A stretch of DNA of 64,000 nt. Source: Bacteroidota bacterium (GTDB lineage: Bacteria; Bacteroidota; Bacteroidia; Flavobacteriales; JADGDT01). The stretch covers positions 12,253 to 76,252 of the forward strand of contig JBDLJM010000001.1 of assembly GCA_039714315.1 (NCBI GenBank), read 5' to 3'. Positions 29,201-37,535 of this stretch are shown here, in pieces (positions within the stretch are counted from its first letter, which is position 1; each line of letters begins with the position of its first letter). The notes beneath the pieces were generated by a model. It did not search any database and was not told the DNA's origin. It saw nothing but the letters and a program-made list of their open reading frames with translations. A program made the position numbers and the translations under genes.

Positions 29201-29315
29201 GAATGACTGGGGAGGGGCATACAACGGTAATCTTTTACCTGCGGCAACTTATTTCTATGTTATAAAGCAAAAGGATAAAGAGCCTATTATGGGGTCGATA
29301 ACTTTATTAAGATAA
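26205..29315 (+). CDS. Large secreted repeat adhesin-like protein with a T9SS type-B (gliding-motility-associated) C-terminal sorting domain
   Basis: 1036 aa. Signal peptide (...NTSYSQ), about 11 Ig-like modules with a recurring C..G..V.L......Y.W[FY]K[DN]G pattern, and the C-terminal ITPNGDGKNDVWTI...NDWGG..NG..LP.ATYFYVI signature of TIGR04131-type CTDs. Confidence 0.9.
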   Translation: MKRFLLFGVLILIFNTSYSQTISQPDLWFTDACTGNPVGFNYDVGFTIQGTFNSGSEFVIELSDKTGDFSSPTELTRVAYVDGQSDYPDNIVVFDNSLVDGNSYKIRIRSTSPEVFSSESDSITIVSSEELVITADGDTSFCSGGSVTLRSDASVFLTWFKDGVEIVGENSSTLLVTESGQYSIRAFLGICYSESNIIEVVSTNVPTSVIDPNINPEICSSEEFTFKANSIDIDNPVYTWYDESNNVVGTGEEFTTGIAGTYYLETSNHGACSDVSEPVTLTVYDGIAEIEQSSPIKLCEGSDVVLTSKEKNTEYIYHWFKDGIEIIQGIGLIEYSIPGLEINRGKYHLEVETPACNVASADVEVIIKAVPVFSIVEGDQDGCKGDWITLTSSLVDTEYNYQWYYKNSPLVDSISTSIDINISTVTEGDYKLEMNFGGACPVMSDPVTVAMHDFVAEIEQSGPIATCEGTDVVLLSKETNASYTYHWFKDGAEVAQGVGMLEYTVAGLEANSGKYHLEVESPACIYASTGVDVKIKAVPVFSIVEGDQDGCKGDWITLTSSLVDPDYDYQWYFKGSPLVDSTSTSIDVNISTVTEGDYKLEMNFGGACSVMSDPVTIVMHDFVAEIEQTGPIATCEGTDVVLLSKETNASYTYHWFKDGTEVAQGVGMHEYTVTGFEWNSGKYHLEVESPSCTYISEEVEVVVKAVPYSKIIGEFDEEKCEGSEITLQSELDDPDYTYEWYFEGKLISGANTSDLNIVVSDETAGTYNLIVSYGLCAGLTAPDEVVILMANLEAQILGDGDVEMCNGSSVVLTATAIGNGLEFEWYKDDILITGEKSENLVVSEDGEYKSKVTSDKGCSQMTDIVSVSYAQDNMGVHEDVINISVGEIAEFRAYGGVEYEWYRDGVLVYDESNTYAVSPQSNTSYQLKITNETGCEKVIVLKVIVEGLTAKDIRNLITPNGDGKNDVWTIPEGLAYSGDVEVTILTRQGSIVLQTVNYQNDWGGAYNGNLLPAATYFYVIKQKDKEPIMGSITLLR
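27057..28568 (+). repeat. Three in-frame tandem copies of a 504-nt (168-aa, two Ig-like modules) unit inside the adhesin gene
   Basis: Unit starts at 27057, 27561 and 28065 (D-[GF]-[IV]-AEIEQ). 27301-27560 versus 27805-28064, and 27561-27800 versus 28065-28300, are each about 90 percent identical at the nucleotide level by eye. Confidence 0.9.
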
Positions 29316-29374
29316 CTCTATATTTAATTAAGATAAAAATTATTGTTTTTAGACAAATTGAAAATAACCTTACT

Positions 29375-30787
29375 ATGATACGATTTTTACGTAAAAAATT
29401 ATTAACTGTTATTGCTTTAGTGATGCTTTTTGGAGTTGCTGAGGCTCAACAATTACCGATATACAATCAGTTTAATTATAATCAGTTTGTGTATAATCCT
29501 GCATTATCAGGTGTTGATACCGAAATTCCTGTATTTACTATGATGCACCGAAATCAGTGGACGGGAGTTGATGGTGCACCGGAAACATCACTGATCTCTT
29601 TCAACGGTATCATGTCCGATAAGAATGTTGGTTATGCAGCCTATCTTTATAATGATATATCCGGGATTCTTCGTACAACATCTGCTTATGGGAATTACTC
29701 TTTCAGTTTCGATGTTGTCGATGATTTTAGAATAGCTTTGGGTTTGAGTGCCGGAATAATAAATAAAGGCCTTAATGTAGCCAGGGCAAATGTAGATGAT
29801 CGGTCAGATCCTGCTTTAGGAGATTATACAGCAGGTAAAACTGTATTCGACTTCAATGCCGGAATAAATCTTTCGTATATGAACTTCGACTTTGGCTTTG
29901 CAGTTCCTCAGTTATTTGCCCAACCAATAGATTATGCCCAAAATCTTGGAGATAATTCTGTTGTTTACAAGTTGGATCGTCATTTTGTAGGGTCGTTGAA
30001 GTATACCTACGATTTTGAAATTGCTTCATTGGGAAAGCTAGGGAAAGAAGCCAGTTTAGTGCCACAGGTTATAACGCGTGTTGTTTCAAATGTTCCGGTG
30101 CAGGTTGATGCTCATTTAATGTTAGAGTTGAGGCAACTGGGATGGATCGGAGCAGGTTACAGAACAGATATGGGGCCAATGGCTAATTTGGGGGTAAATC
30201 TTACTGACGACCTTTCAGCAGGATATGCCTATGAGTTTAATGTGTCAAATGTATCCAGTCAGCTTGGATCAACACATGAGTTGTCGTTGATTTATAAACT
30301 TGGAGGAGCGAAAAGATTGATGGATAAGGTTCAAATAGAATTGGAGCAATTAAAGAAAGAGGAAATAGAGCTTATGAATCAAATGGAAGAACGTATGATT
30401 CGTCGTATGGATTCTATTGCTGAAGCTCTCCGAAATGATATTGTTATAAATGCAAATAAGCTAATTAGTCATAATGAGACGCTGGAATCTGAAGGCCTGG
30501 ATTATTTAGAAGAGGATGATCTTTCTACTACAGCGAGTAATGTTGTTGCCGGTAGTAAAGGTTTTTATATAGTGGCTGGAGTATTTGCTTATCGAAAAAA
30601 TGCTGAGGCCATTAATAACAAGCTCGCATCGGAAGGCTATGATGTTGAATATTTCTATAATAAGGCAAACAGATATTACTATGTGTTCCTTCGAAAATAT
30701 AAAACATATGAGCAGGCTTCAAAGCTGAGAAAGAATAATATTAACGGTACTTATTTCGATGAATTGTGGATAAAGGAAGTTAAATAG
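29375..30787 (+). CDS. PorP/SprF-family T9SS outer-membrane protein with a C-terminal coiled-coil and SPOR-like domain
   Basis: 470 aa. Signal peptide plus QQLPIYNQFNYNQFVYNPALSG (the PorP/SprF N-terminal signature). The barrel ends at ...STHELSLIYKLGG (about aa 310). Heptad-rich segment at aa 312-355. aa 394-470 (GFYIVAGVFAYRKNAEAINNKLASEGYDVEYFYNKANRYYYVFLRKYKTYEQASKL) is SPOR-like. Confidence 0.85.
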   Translation: MIRFLRKKLLTVIALVMLFGVAEAQQLPIYNQFNYNQFVYNPALSGVDTEIPVFTMMHRNQWTGVDGAPETSLISFNGIMSDKNVGYAAYLYNDISGILRTTSAYGNYSFSFDVVDDFRIALGLSAGIINKGLNVARANVDDRSDPALGDYTAGKTVFDFNAGINLSYMNFDFGFAVPQLFAQPIDYAQNLGDNSVVYKLDRHFVGSLKYTYDFEIASLGKLGKEASLVPQVITRVVSNVPVQVDAHLMLELRQLGWIGAGYRTDMGPMANLGVNLTDDLSAGYAYEFNVSNVSSQLGSTHELSLIYKLGGAKRLMDKVQIELEQLKKEEIELMNQMEERMIRRMDSIAEALRNDIVINANKLISHNETLESEGLDYLEEDDLSTTASNVVAGSKGFYIVAGVFAYRKNAEAINNKLASEGYDVEYFYNKANRYYYVFLRKYKTYEQASKLRKNNINGTYFDELWIKEVK

Positions 30788-30829
30788 TTATTATAATCGA
30801 TAATTAAATTATTAATACCATATATAATA

Positions 30830-30859
30830 GGAGTAAGTTAGGGCTTGCTCCTTTTTTTT
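30830..30859 (+). terminator. Rho-independent terminator after the porP/sprF-like gene
   Basis: ggagtaag (30830-30837) pairs with cttgctcc (30844-30851) with one G-U pair, followed by a T8 run. Confidence 0.75.
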
Positions 30860-30865
30860 AGAACA

Positions 30866-30881
30866 TATATTTGTACATTTG
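30866..30881 (+). promoter_or_regulatory. Two adjacent TAnnTTTG -7 boxes (TATATTTG, TACATTTG) upstream of xrtF
   Basis: tatatttg at 30866-30873 and tacatttg at 30874-30881, 34-49 nt upstream of ATG 30915 and immediately after a terminator. Confidence 0.5.
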
Positions 30882-30914
30882 GTTTTGTGATGTGAAAATA
30901 AATTCTTGCCTGCT

Positions 30915-31472
30915 ATGTTTAAACGTAATAAACCTGCTATAGTATTCTTATTGAAGTTTGTTATTGTATACGCTTCTTTGTCTGCAGTGTATTCATATTA
31001 TTTGTCGACATATGAACAGGGTGAGATTCCTGAAGTCGATGCATTTACATATGAAGTTGCTGAGGAAAGTTCTGATTTGGCAAAGTTATTCGGTTTCGAA
31101 AGTTCAATTGAGATAAATGACGATGAGGCTTCTGTAAAGTTTTTGTTCGATGGCTTTTATCGGGTTAAGATTGTGGAAGGATGTAATGGTTTATCTGTGA
31201 TGATATTGTTTCTTGCTTTTATAGTAGCTTTTGGTGGCAGGTTAAGAGATAAGTTGTTTTTTATTCCTTTAGGAATAGCCCTCATACATATCTCTAATAT
31301 AGTGCGCCTTACCTGGCTGACATATATATATGTGTATTACTATGATTATGCACAGGCGTTTCACGATTATGTTTTTCCTTCAATAATTTACGGGATGGTT
31401 TTTGTTCTTTGGGTTGTTTGGGTTAATTACTTTGCTTTTAGGGTTAAGAAGGTAAACATATATGAAAAATGA
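30915..31472 (+). CDS. xrtF: Exosortase family protein XrtF
   Basis: About 185 aa polytopic membrane protein. Exosortase triad context: VEGCNGLSVM (Cys), HISNIVRL (Asn..Arg) and AFHDYVFP (His). Size and sequence pattern match Bacteroidetes XrtF. ATG 30915 is preferred over the TTG at 30906. Confidence 0.8.
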   Translation: MFKRNKPAIVFLLKFVIVYASLSAVYSYYLSTYEQGEIPEVDAFTYEVAEESSDLAKLFGFESSIEINDDEASVKFLFDGFYRVKIVEGCNGLSVMILFLAFIVAFGGRLRDKLFFIPLGIALIHISNIVRLTWLTYIYVYYYDYAQAFHDYVFPSIIYGMVFVLWVVWVNYFAFRVKKVNIYEK

Positions 31473-31567
31473 TGTTGGCAGAAAAAATCTTTGCATCGCA
31501 TATCGGCGAAGTGTTTTTAGTGTAGGTGATAAAGTGTAGATAAGAAGGAATAACAATTATTATTGGT

Positions 31568-32929
31568 TTAATAACCCCTGTAGTACGAAGGGTACCAATA
31601 GTTGTTTCTATATCTGTTTTGTCTGTCTATTTCTTCCTGAAGCCTTACAATTTCATTTTGGTCAAATACTTTTCCTTTACGCCAGTACTCTACTGCCTTT
31701 TGCCAAATTGTTTTTTTGTCGTCATCTCTTATTAAAATATAGTCATTGTTGGTAAGTGGGTTTATTGCTTTTTCAAATGTAAACTCGAAATCCAGTGTTG
31801 AATTTTGTGTTCCGTAAGTCCATTGTTCTCCTTTAGGTGTTTTATATATAGAAGAGGGAGGACCAAATATTGAGTATACTAATCCCCTGTCGGTTCTCCA
31901 TCCTTCTTTATAAGAAGTGAAGTAAACATTTGCAAACTGTATTCTTTTGTAATAAGTAGTTATCAGGTTTTCGGTTTTTGGAAGATCATTTGACATTGAA
32001 GCCCAGATCTTCTCAGTTTTTAGTTTCGAGGCATCGGTACCTACAGCCAGCTCTTCGAATTCTTCGTCAGATGTAATGTATCTCATCGGAGGAGCAATAT
32101 TTTTTCTTTGCGCAATTAATGGATAGCCTTCATAGAAGTTCAATAGAGTTAAACCGCTAACTTTAGTAGTGTCTACCTGTACGTGGTATATGCCTGGTTT
32201 TTCAAATATTATAAAATCATCCGAGTTGAATTGATAGGTAGTATCTTTGGTTATTGACATTTTTTGAACGTCTCTCTCAACATATATTGGCAGAGGATAT
32301 TCTGATATAGGAAAGTACCTGGTCACGTAAAATTTCGAACTTTTAAGTCTTTCAGATGAAATCTTAACCTTTGAATCAGATGCTACATAATTCATAAACT
32401 TTACACTGTTTGTAGAGTCGGTAATTATGAAGTCTTCTGCTGAACCTTTGTTTTTTTTGTCAATCGTTAATAAGTCCTCAAACTGGTGTTTCCTGAATTT
32501 ATCGTTTAGAACTATACTTGCATAATAAAAATGACCATCAGGGATTTCTACGTCAAAATAGCCTACAATGGCTTCGCTTGGTATTTCGTCATTTTCACGG
32601 TCGATTTTTATTACGCCTTTTTTTATGGTCGTAGTTGTTTTGTTTTCCGGTTTTATGATATGATAATTGATTTGCGCTGAAGCTTCAAATTTTCTGCTTT
32701 GAGGATTTCTTACAAAAAGAATATCTCCCGGGGGTATTATAAAATAAAAGCGCGTGGTTTTAGCTGAGGTGTGGTATACTCTGTATGATGGGTTCCACAT
32801 TTGCTCCTCATCATCGTATGCTGATGCACCGGCTAGATATCCTTTATTTGGACCACATGAATTTATTACTATAAGTGATAATATACCTATAATATATAGA
32901 AGAGTTGTTTTTTTTGATAGTAGAAGCAT
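31568..32929 (-). CDS. GWxTD-domain lipoprotein (function unknown)
   Basis: 453 aa. Lipobox LIVINSCG. C-terminal region contains KEGWRTDRGLVYSIFGPPSSIY...GEQWTYG, i.e. the GWxTD motif. Confidence 0.75.
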   Translation of the reverse strand: MLLLSKKTTLLYIIGILSLIVINSCGPNKGYLAGASAYDDEEQMWNPSYRVYHTSAKTTRFYFIIPPGDILFVRNPQSRKFEASAQINYHIIKPENKTTTTIKKGVIKIDRENDEIPSEAIVGYFDVEIPDGHFYYASIVLNDKFRKHQFEDLLTIDKKNKGSAEDFIITDSTNSVKFMNYVASDSKVKISSERLKSSKFYVTRYFPISEYPLPIYVERDVQKMSITKDTTYQFNSDDFIIFEKPGIYHVQVDTTKVSGLTLLNFYEGYPLIAQRKNIAPPMRYITSDEEFEELAVGTDASKLKTEKIWASMSNDLPKTENLITTYYKRIQFANVYFTSYKEGWRTDRGLVYSIFGPPSSIYKTPKGEQWTYGTQNSTLDFEFTFEKAINPLTNNDYILIRDDDKKTIWQKAVEYWRKGKVFDQNEIVRLQEEIDRQNRYRNNYWYPSYYRGY

Positions 32930-33015
32930 CTGCTTGTTATTTTAGCCTTAGCTAAAGTAGTTTTTTTCAGGGAAAGCTCAAAGCAGGAAAGTTTATTTGA
33001 ATATGATTTCCGGAT

Positions 33016-33189
33016 TTATGCGCTTTCTTTATAAGTTGTTTCTATACGTGTCCTTAAAATTTTGTTTTCTCTTTCTAAAGATTCCACTCTCTTCTTCATA
33101 CTCCTGAATTTAAGAATGAAGTTCAGGATGACATAGATTTTAAAAATTACCAGTATAGCAGTTATTATATGTTTTGGTTCTATAGTCAT
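33016..33189 (-). CDS. Unannotated small membrane protein candidate (57 aa: one TM helix plus a short coiled coil)
   Basis: MTIEPKHIITAILVIFKIYVILNFILKFRSMKKRVESLERENKILRTRIETTYKESA. It is below the track cut-off. A TATATTTG -7 box lies on the minus strand at 33209-33216, 20 nt upstream of the ATG. Confidence 0.4.
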   Translation of the reverse strand: MTIEPKHIITAILVIFKIYVILNFILKFRSMKKRVESLERENKILRTRIETTYKESA

Positions 33190-33412
33190 AGTTCTTATTG
33201 TTGGGTAGCAAATATATGATTTCTAAATGGAAATAATCTTTGTTGAAACATGTTTTGATAATTATAAAGAAGGAAAATAATTACATATTTAAATATGTAA
33301 TACATATACGGGATAGGAGTGTTAGTTTGATAGTAAATTTGATGTTGAGATTTTATAATAAAGCTTTGTAAAGACAGACGTTAAACTTCGTTGAAAATAA
33401 ATTAGTTACAGT

Positions 33413-33443
33413 TTTGTCAGATTAGAAAATATCCATACATTTG
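33413..33443 (+). promoter_or_regulatory. Predicted Bacteroidetes-type promoter of the str/ribosomal protein operon
   Basis: -33 TTTG at 33413-33416, a 19-nt spacer, then -7 TACATTTG at 33436-33443. This lies about 86 nt upstream of the rpsL ATG. Confidence 0.55.
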
Positions 33444-33528
33444 CAAACCGAAAAAGTAGCGTCTTGTTGTAAGCGCTTGTTTTGGAGTGAATTAAATGTT
33501 AAATAATTATTAATCAATTTAAACTAAT

Positions 33529-33903
33529 ATGCCTACTATACAGCAATTAGTAAGAAAAGGAAGAGTGTCGTTGACTAAGAAGTCTAAATCGGCTGCACTT
33601 GATTCTTGTCCTCAACGTAGAGGGGTTTGTACACGTGTGTACACTACTACGCCTAAGAAACCAAACTCAGCAATGCGTAAAGTTGCAAGGGTAAGGTTGA
33701 CTAACGGTAAGGAAGTGAACGCGTACATCCCTGGTGAAGGACATAATCTTCAGGAGCACTCGATAGTATTAGTTAGAGGCGGGAGAGTTAAAGATTTACC
33801 TGGTGTAAGATACCACATCGTTCGTGGTGCCTTAGATACAGCCGGTGTTGAAGGTAGAACTCAACGTCGTTCTAAGTACGGAACAAAACGTCCTAAGAAG
33901 TAA
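33529..33903 (+). CDS. rpsL: 30S ribosomal protein S12
   Basis: [12 protein letters not shown]..., 124 aa, PKKPNSA motif. Confidence 0.98.
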   Translation: MPTIQQLVRKGRVSLTKKSKSAALDSCPQRRGVCTRVYTTTPKKPNSAMRKVARVRLTNGKEVNAYIPGEGHNLQEHSIVLVRGGRVKDLPGVRYHIVRGALDTAGVEGRTQRRSKYGTKRPKK

Positions 33904-33945
33904 TTAACGCCTTAAAGAGGTAAATTTTTAAACTTATTTGTCGAA

Positions 33946-34422
33946 ATGAGAAAGAATAAAGCTAAAAAAAGACAAATTTTACCGGATCCAAAGTTTAACG
34001 ACGCATTAGTAACGCGTTTCGTTAACATGATGATGTTGGACGGTAAAAAAAGTTTAGCATTCAGACTATTCTATGATGCATTAGAAATAGTTGAAGCTAA
34101 AAAACAAGATGAAGAGAAAAGTGCAGTTGAGGTATGGAAAGACGCTTTGTCAAATGTAATGCCACACGTTGAGGTTCGTAGCCGTCGTGTAGGTGGAGCT
34201 ACATTCCAAATACCAATGCAGATTCGTCCTGATCGTAAAGTTTCATTAGCAATGAAGTGGATGATTTCTTATACTCGTAAAAGAAATGATAAATCATTTG
34301 CTCAAAAATTAGCTGCTGAAATTCTTGCTGCTGCAAAAGAAGAAGGAGCTGCTGTTAAGAAAAGAGTTGATACTCACAAGATGGCAGAAGCAAACAAAGC
34401 ATTCTCACATTTTAGATTTTAA
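33946..34422 (+). CDS. rpsG: 30S ribosomal protein S7
   Basis: 158 aa, ILPDPKFND... N-terminus, follows rpsL. Confidence 0.98.
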   Translation: MRKNKAKKRQILPDPKFNDALVTRFVNMMMLDGKKSLAFRLFYDALEIVEAKKQDEEKSAVEVWKDALSNVMPHVEVRSRRVGGATFQIPMQIRPDRKVSLAMKWMISYTRKRNDKSFAQKLAAEILAAAKEEGAAVKKRVDTHKMAEANKAFSHFRF

Positions 34423-34439
34423 TATAAGCAATTAGAAAA

Positions 34440-36563
34440 ATGGCTAAAAGAGATTTAAAATATACTCGTAACCTTGGTATTATGGCACACATTGATGCCG
34501 GGAAAACGACTACGACTGAACGTGTACTTTATTATACAGGTTTAAGTCATAAGATCGGTGAGGTGCACGATGGTGCTGCTACTATGGACTGGATGGAGCA
34601 GGAGCAGGAAAGAGGTATTACAATTACTTCTGCTGCTACTACTGTATTCTGGAAATACCCTACTGTGCAAGGTCAGCCTGTAAAAGGTGAAACCAAAGAT
34701 TACAAAATCAACATTATCGATACTCCGGGCCACGTTGACTTTACTGTAGAAGTAGAGCGTTCATTACGTGTACTTGACGGTGCTGTTGCTTTGTTCTGTG
34801 CTGTTGGTGGTGTAGAGCCACAGTCTGAAACTGTTTGGCGTCAGGCAGATAAATACAATGTTCCTCGTATTGGATTTGTAAATAAAATGGACCGTTCAGG
34901 TGCTGACTTCTTTAATGTAGTTGCACAAGTGAAAGAACGTTTAGGAGCTAATCCTGTTCCATTACAGGTGCCAATAGGATCTGAAGAAGATTTTAAAGGA
35001 GTAGTTGATCTTATCGAGATGAAAGGAATTATCTGGAACGAAGATGATATGGGTATGACATATCAGGAAGTTGCTATTCCGGAAGACCTTAAAGACGATG
35101 TGGAAACTTGGAGAGCTCACCTTATCGAATCTGTTGCTGAAACAAACGATGAGTTGATGGAGAAATTCTTCGAAGATCCTAATTCAATTACTCGTGAAGA
35201 ATTAATGGATGCTATCCGTGTAGCTACATTAAATATGACAATTACACCAATGCTTGCAGGTTCTGCCTTTAAAAATAAAGGAGTTCAGACTGTGCTTGAT
35301 GCTGTAATGTCTTACCTTCCTTCGCCTGATGACTCAGAAGGTATTGAAGGAATAAACCCTGATACAGAAAAGACTGAAATGCGTTTGCCAGATCCTGAGC
35401 AACCATTTTCTGCTTTAGCATTTAAGATTGCAACTGACCCATTCGTAGGTCGTTTGTGTTTCTTCCGTGTTTATTCAGGTACTTTACCAGCTGGTTCTTA
35501 CGTTAGGAATCAACGTACTGGTAAAAAAGAACGTATTTCTCGTATTTTCCAAATGCACTCTAATAAGCAAAATGCTATCGATCAAATCGAAGCAGGAGAT
35601 ATTGGAGCTGGAGTTGGATTTAAAGACATCCGCACCGGAGATACTTTAACTGACGAGAAAAATCCAATCGTTCTTGAATCAATGACTTTCCCTGATCCAG
35701 TAATTGGGGTAGCTGTTGAACCTAAATCTCAGGCAGATGTTGACAAGATGGGAGTTGCTCTTGGAAAATTATCTGAAGAGGATCCTACATTTACTGTTAA
35801 AACAAACGACGATACTGGTCAGACTATTATCTCTGGAATGGGTGAGTTGCACCTTGAGATTCTTATCGATCGTATGAGACGTGAGTTTAAAGTAGAGCTT
35901 AATCAGGGTCAACCACAAGTTGAGTACCGCGAATCTATTACTCAAGAGTTTCAACACCGTGAGGTTTATAAGAAACAATCAGGTGGTCGTGGTAAATTCG
36001 CTGATATCGTATTTACGATAGGACCTGCTGATGAGGGTAAAGAAGAATTCCAGTTTGAATCTAAAATTAAAGGTGGTAACGTTCCTAAGGAATTTGTTCC
36101 ATCTATTGAAAAAGGATTCAAAGAAGCAATGAAAAACGGTACTCTAGCCGGATTTGAAGTTGTTGGAATGAAAGTTACTTTGCTTGATGGATCTTTCCAC
36201 CCTGTGGATTCTGATCAATTATCATTTGAGTTGGCTGCAAAACTAGGATTTAAAGCTGCTGCAAAATCTGCAGGGCCAAAAATTCTTGAACCACTTATGA
36301 AGTTAGAAGTTGTTACTCCTGAAGAAAACATGGGTGATGTTGTTGGTGATCTTAACCGTCGTCGTGGACAAGTAAACGGTATGGATGCTAAAAACGGAGC
36401 TCAGGTTATAAAGGCAGATGTTCCATTATCGGAGATGTTTGGATATGTTACTTCATTGAGAACAATTTCATCTGGTCGTGCTACTTCTTCAATGGAATTC
36501 TCTCACTATTCAGAGACTCCTGCGAATATTTCAGAAGCAGTTATAGCAGAAGTAAAAGGATAA
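34440..36563 (+). CDS. fusA: Elongation factor G
   Basis: 707 aa. [14 protein letters not shown] and NKMD GTPase motifs. Confidence 0.98.
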   Translation: MAKRDLKYTRNLGIMAHIDAGKTTTTERVLYYTGLSHKIGEVHDGAATMDWMEQEQERGITITSAATTVFWKYPTVQGQPVKGETKDYKINIIDTPGHVDFTVEVERSLRVLDGAVALFCAVGGVEPQSETVWRQADKYNVPRIGFVNKMDRSGADFFNVVAQVKERLGANPVPLQVPIGSEEDFKGVVDLIEMKGIIWNEDDMGMTYQEVAIPEDLKDDVETWRAHLIESVAETNDELMEKFFEDPNSITREELMDAIRVATLNMTITPMLAGSAFKNKGVQTVLDAVMSYLPSPDDSEGIEGINPDTEKTEMRLPDPEQPFSALAFKIATDPFVGRLCFFRVYSGTLPAGSYVRNQRTGKKERISRIFQMHSNKQNAIDQIEAGDIGAGVGFKDIRTGDTLTDEKNPIVLESMTFPDPVIGVAVEPKSQADVDKMGVALGKLSEEDPTFTVKTNDDTGQTIISGMGELHLEILIDRMRREFKVELNQGQPQVEYRESITQEFQHREVYKKQSGGRGKFADIVFTIGPADEGKEEFQFESKIKGGNVPKEFVPSIEKGFKEAMKNGTLAGFEVVGMKVTLLDGSFHPVDSDQLSFELAAKLGFKAAAKSAGPKILEPLMKLEVVTPEENMGDVVGDLNRRRGQVNGMDAKNGAQVIKADVPLSEMFGYVTSLRTISSGRATSSMEFSHYSETPANISEAVIAEVKG

Positions 36564-36581
36564 TCATTAAGATTTAGGAAA

Positions 36582-36887
36582 ATGAGTCAAAAAATTAGAA
36601 TAAAATTAAAGTCTTACGATCATATGTTGGTTGATAAATCAGCAGAGAAGATCGTAAAATCTGTTAAGTCAACAGGAGCTGTAGTAAATGGACCAATTCC
36701 ATTACCTACAAATAAAAAAATCTTCACGGTTCTTCGTTCTCCTCACGTGAACAAGAAATCAAGAGAGCAATTTCAATTGAGCACATTTAAACGTCTTTTA
36801 GATATTTATAGCTCATCATCAAAAACAATTGATGCTTTGATGAAGTTAGAATTGCCTAGTGGTGTTGAAGTAGAGATCAAAGTCTGA
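36582..36887 (+). CDS. rpsJ: 30S ribosomal protein S10
   Basis: 101 aa, [10 protein letters not shown]... pattern. Confidence 0.98.
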   Translation: MSQKIRIKLKSYDHMLVDKSAEKIVKSVKSTGAVVNGPIPLPTNKKIFTVLRSPHVNKKSREQFQLSTFKRLLDIYSSSSKTIDALMKLELPSGVEVEIKV

Positions 36888-36917
36888 TTTTAATAATAAA
36901 TAAATTCAAATTCCAAA

Positions 36918-37535
36918 ATGTCTGGATTAATTGGAAAAAAAGTTGGGATGACTAGCATCTACAATGAAGCAGGTAAATCGTTTCCTTGTACAGTGATCGA
37001 ATGCGGTCCTTGTGTTGTTACCCAAGTCAGAACCGAAGAAGTTGATGGATATGTATCTGTACAACTTGGTTTCGATGACGCTAAAGAAAAGAATGTAAGC
37101 AAGGCATTGTTAGGACATTTTAATAAAGCGGGTGTTTCTCCAAAAAAGAAACTAGTCGAATTTAAAGGTTTTGACTCTGAAGTGAAAATTGGCGATTCAA
37201 TTGCTGTAGATCACTTCGTAGAGGGAGAATATGTTGATGTTACCGGTATTTCTAAAGGTAAAGGTTTCCAGGGTGTTGTGAAACGCCACGGATTTAGAGG
37301 TGTAGGTGATGCAACGCACGGTCAACACAACCGTTTAAGAGCACCCGGGTCAATCGGTGCGGCATCCTATCCTGCACGTGTATTCAAAGGAATGCGCATG
37401 GCAGGTCAAATGGGAAATGAGCAGGTAACTGTTGAGAACTTACAGGTTCTTAAAGTTGATGCTGAAAAAAATCTATTAGTTGTAAAAGGATCTGTACCAG
37501 GACCTAAAAACGCTTACTTAATCATAAGAAAGTAA
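36918..37535 (+). CDS. rplC: 50S ribosomal protein L3
   Basis: 205 aa, [11 protein letters not shown]-terminus. Confidence 0.98.
   Translation: MSGLIGKKVGMTSIYNEAGKSFPCTVIECGPCVVTQVRTEEVDGYVSVQLGFDDAKEKNVSKALLGHFNKAGVSPKKKLVEFKGFDSEVKIGDSIAVDHFVEGEYVDVTGISKGKGFQGVVKRHGFRGVGDATHGQHNRLRAPGSIGAASYPARVFKGMRMAGQMGNEQVTVENLQVLKVDAEKNLLVVKGSVPGPKNAYLIIRK

Noticed and set aside
31461-31538. Tiny ORFs overlapping the xrtF stop: MKNDVGRKNLCIAYRRSVFSVGDKV, and in another frame MMLAEKIFASHIGEVFLV. The latter vaguely recalls the N-terminus of aconitase/LeuC-family proteins. I considered them as a remnant of the missing XrtF partner gene or of a deleted neighbour.
   Set aside because: At 18-25 codons they are far too short for any homology claim by eye. 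Neither resembles a membrane protein, as the XrtF-associated partner should. They are mentioned only as a possible deletion scar, to be tested by aligning syntenic loci.
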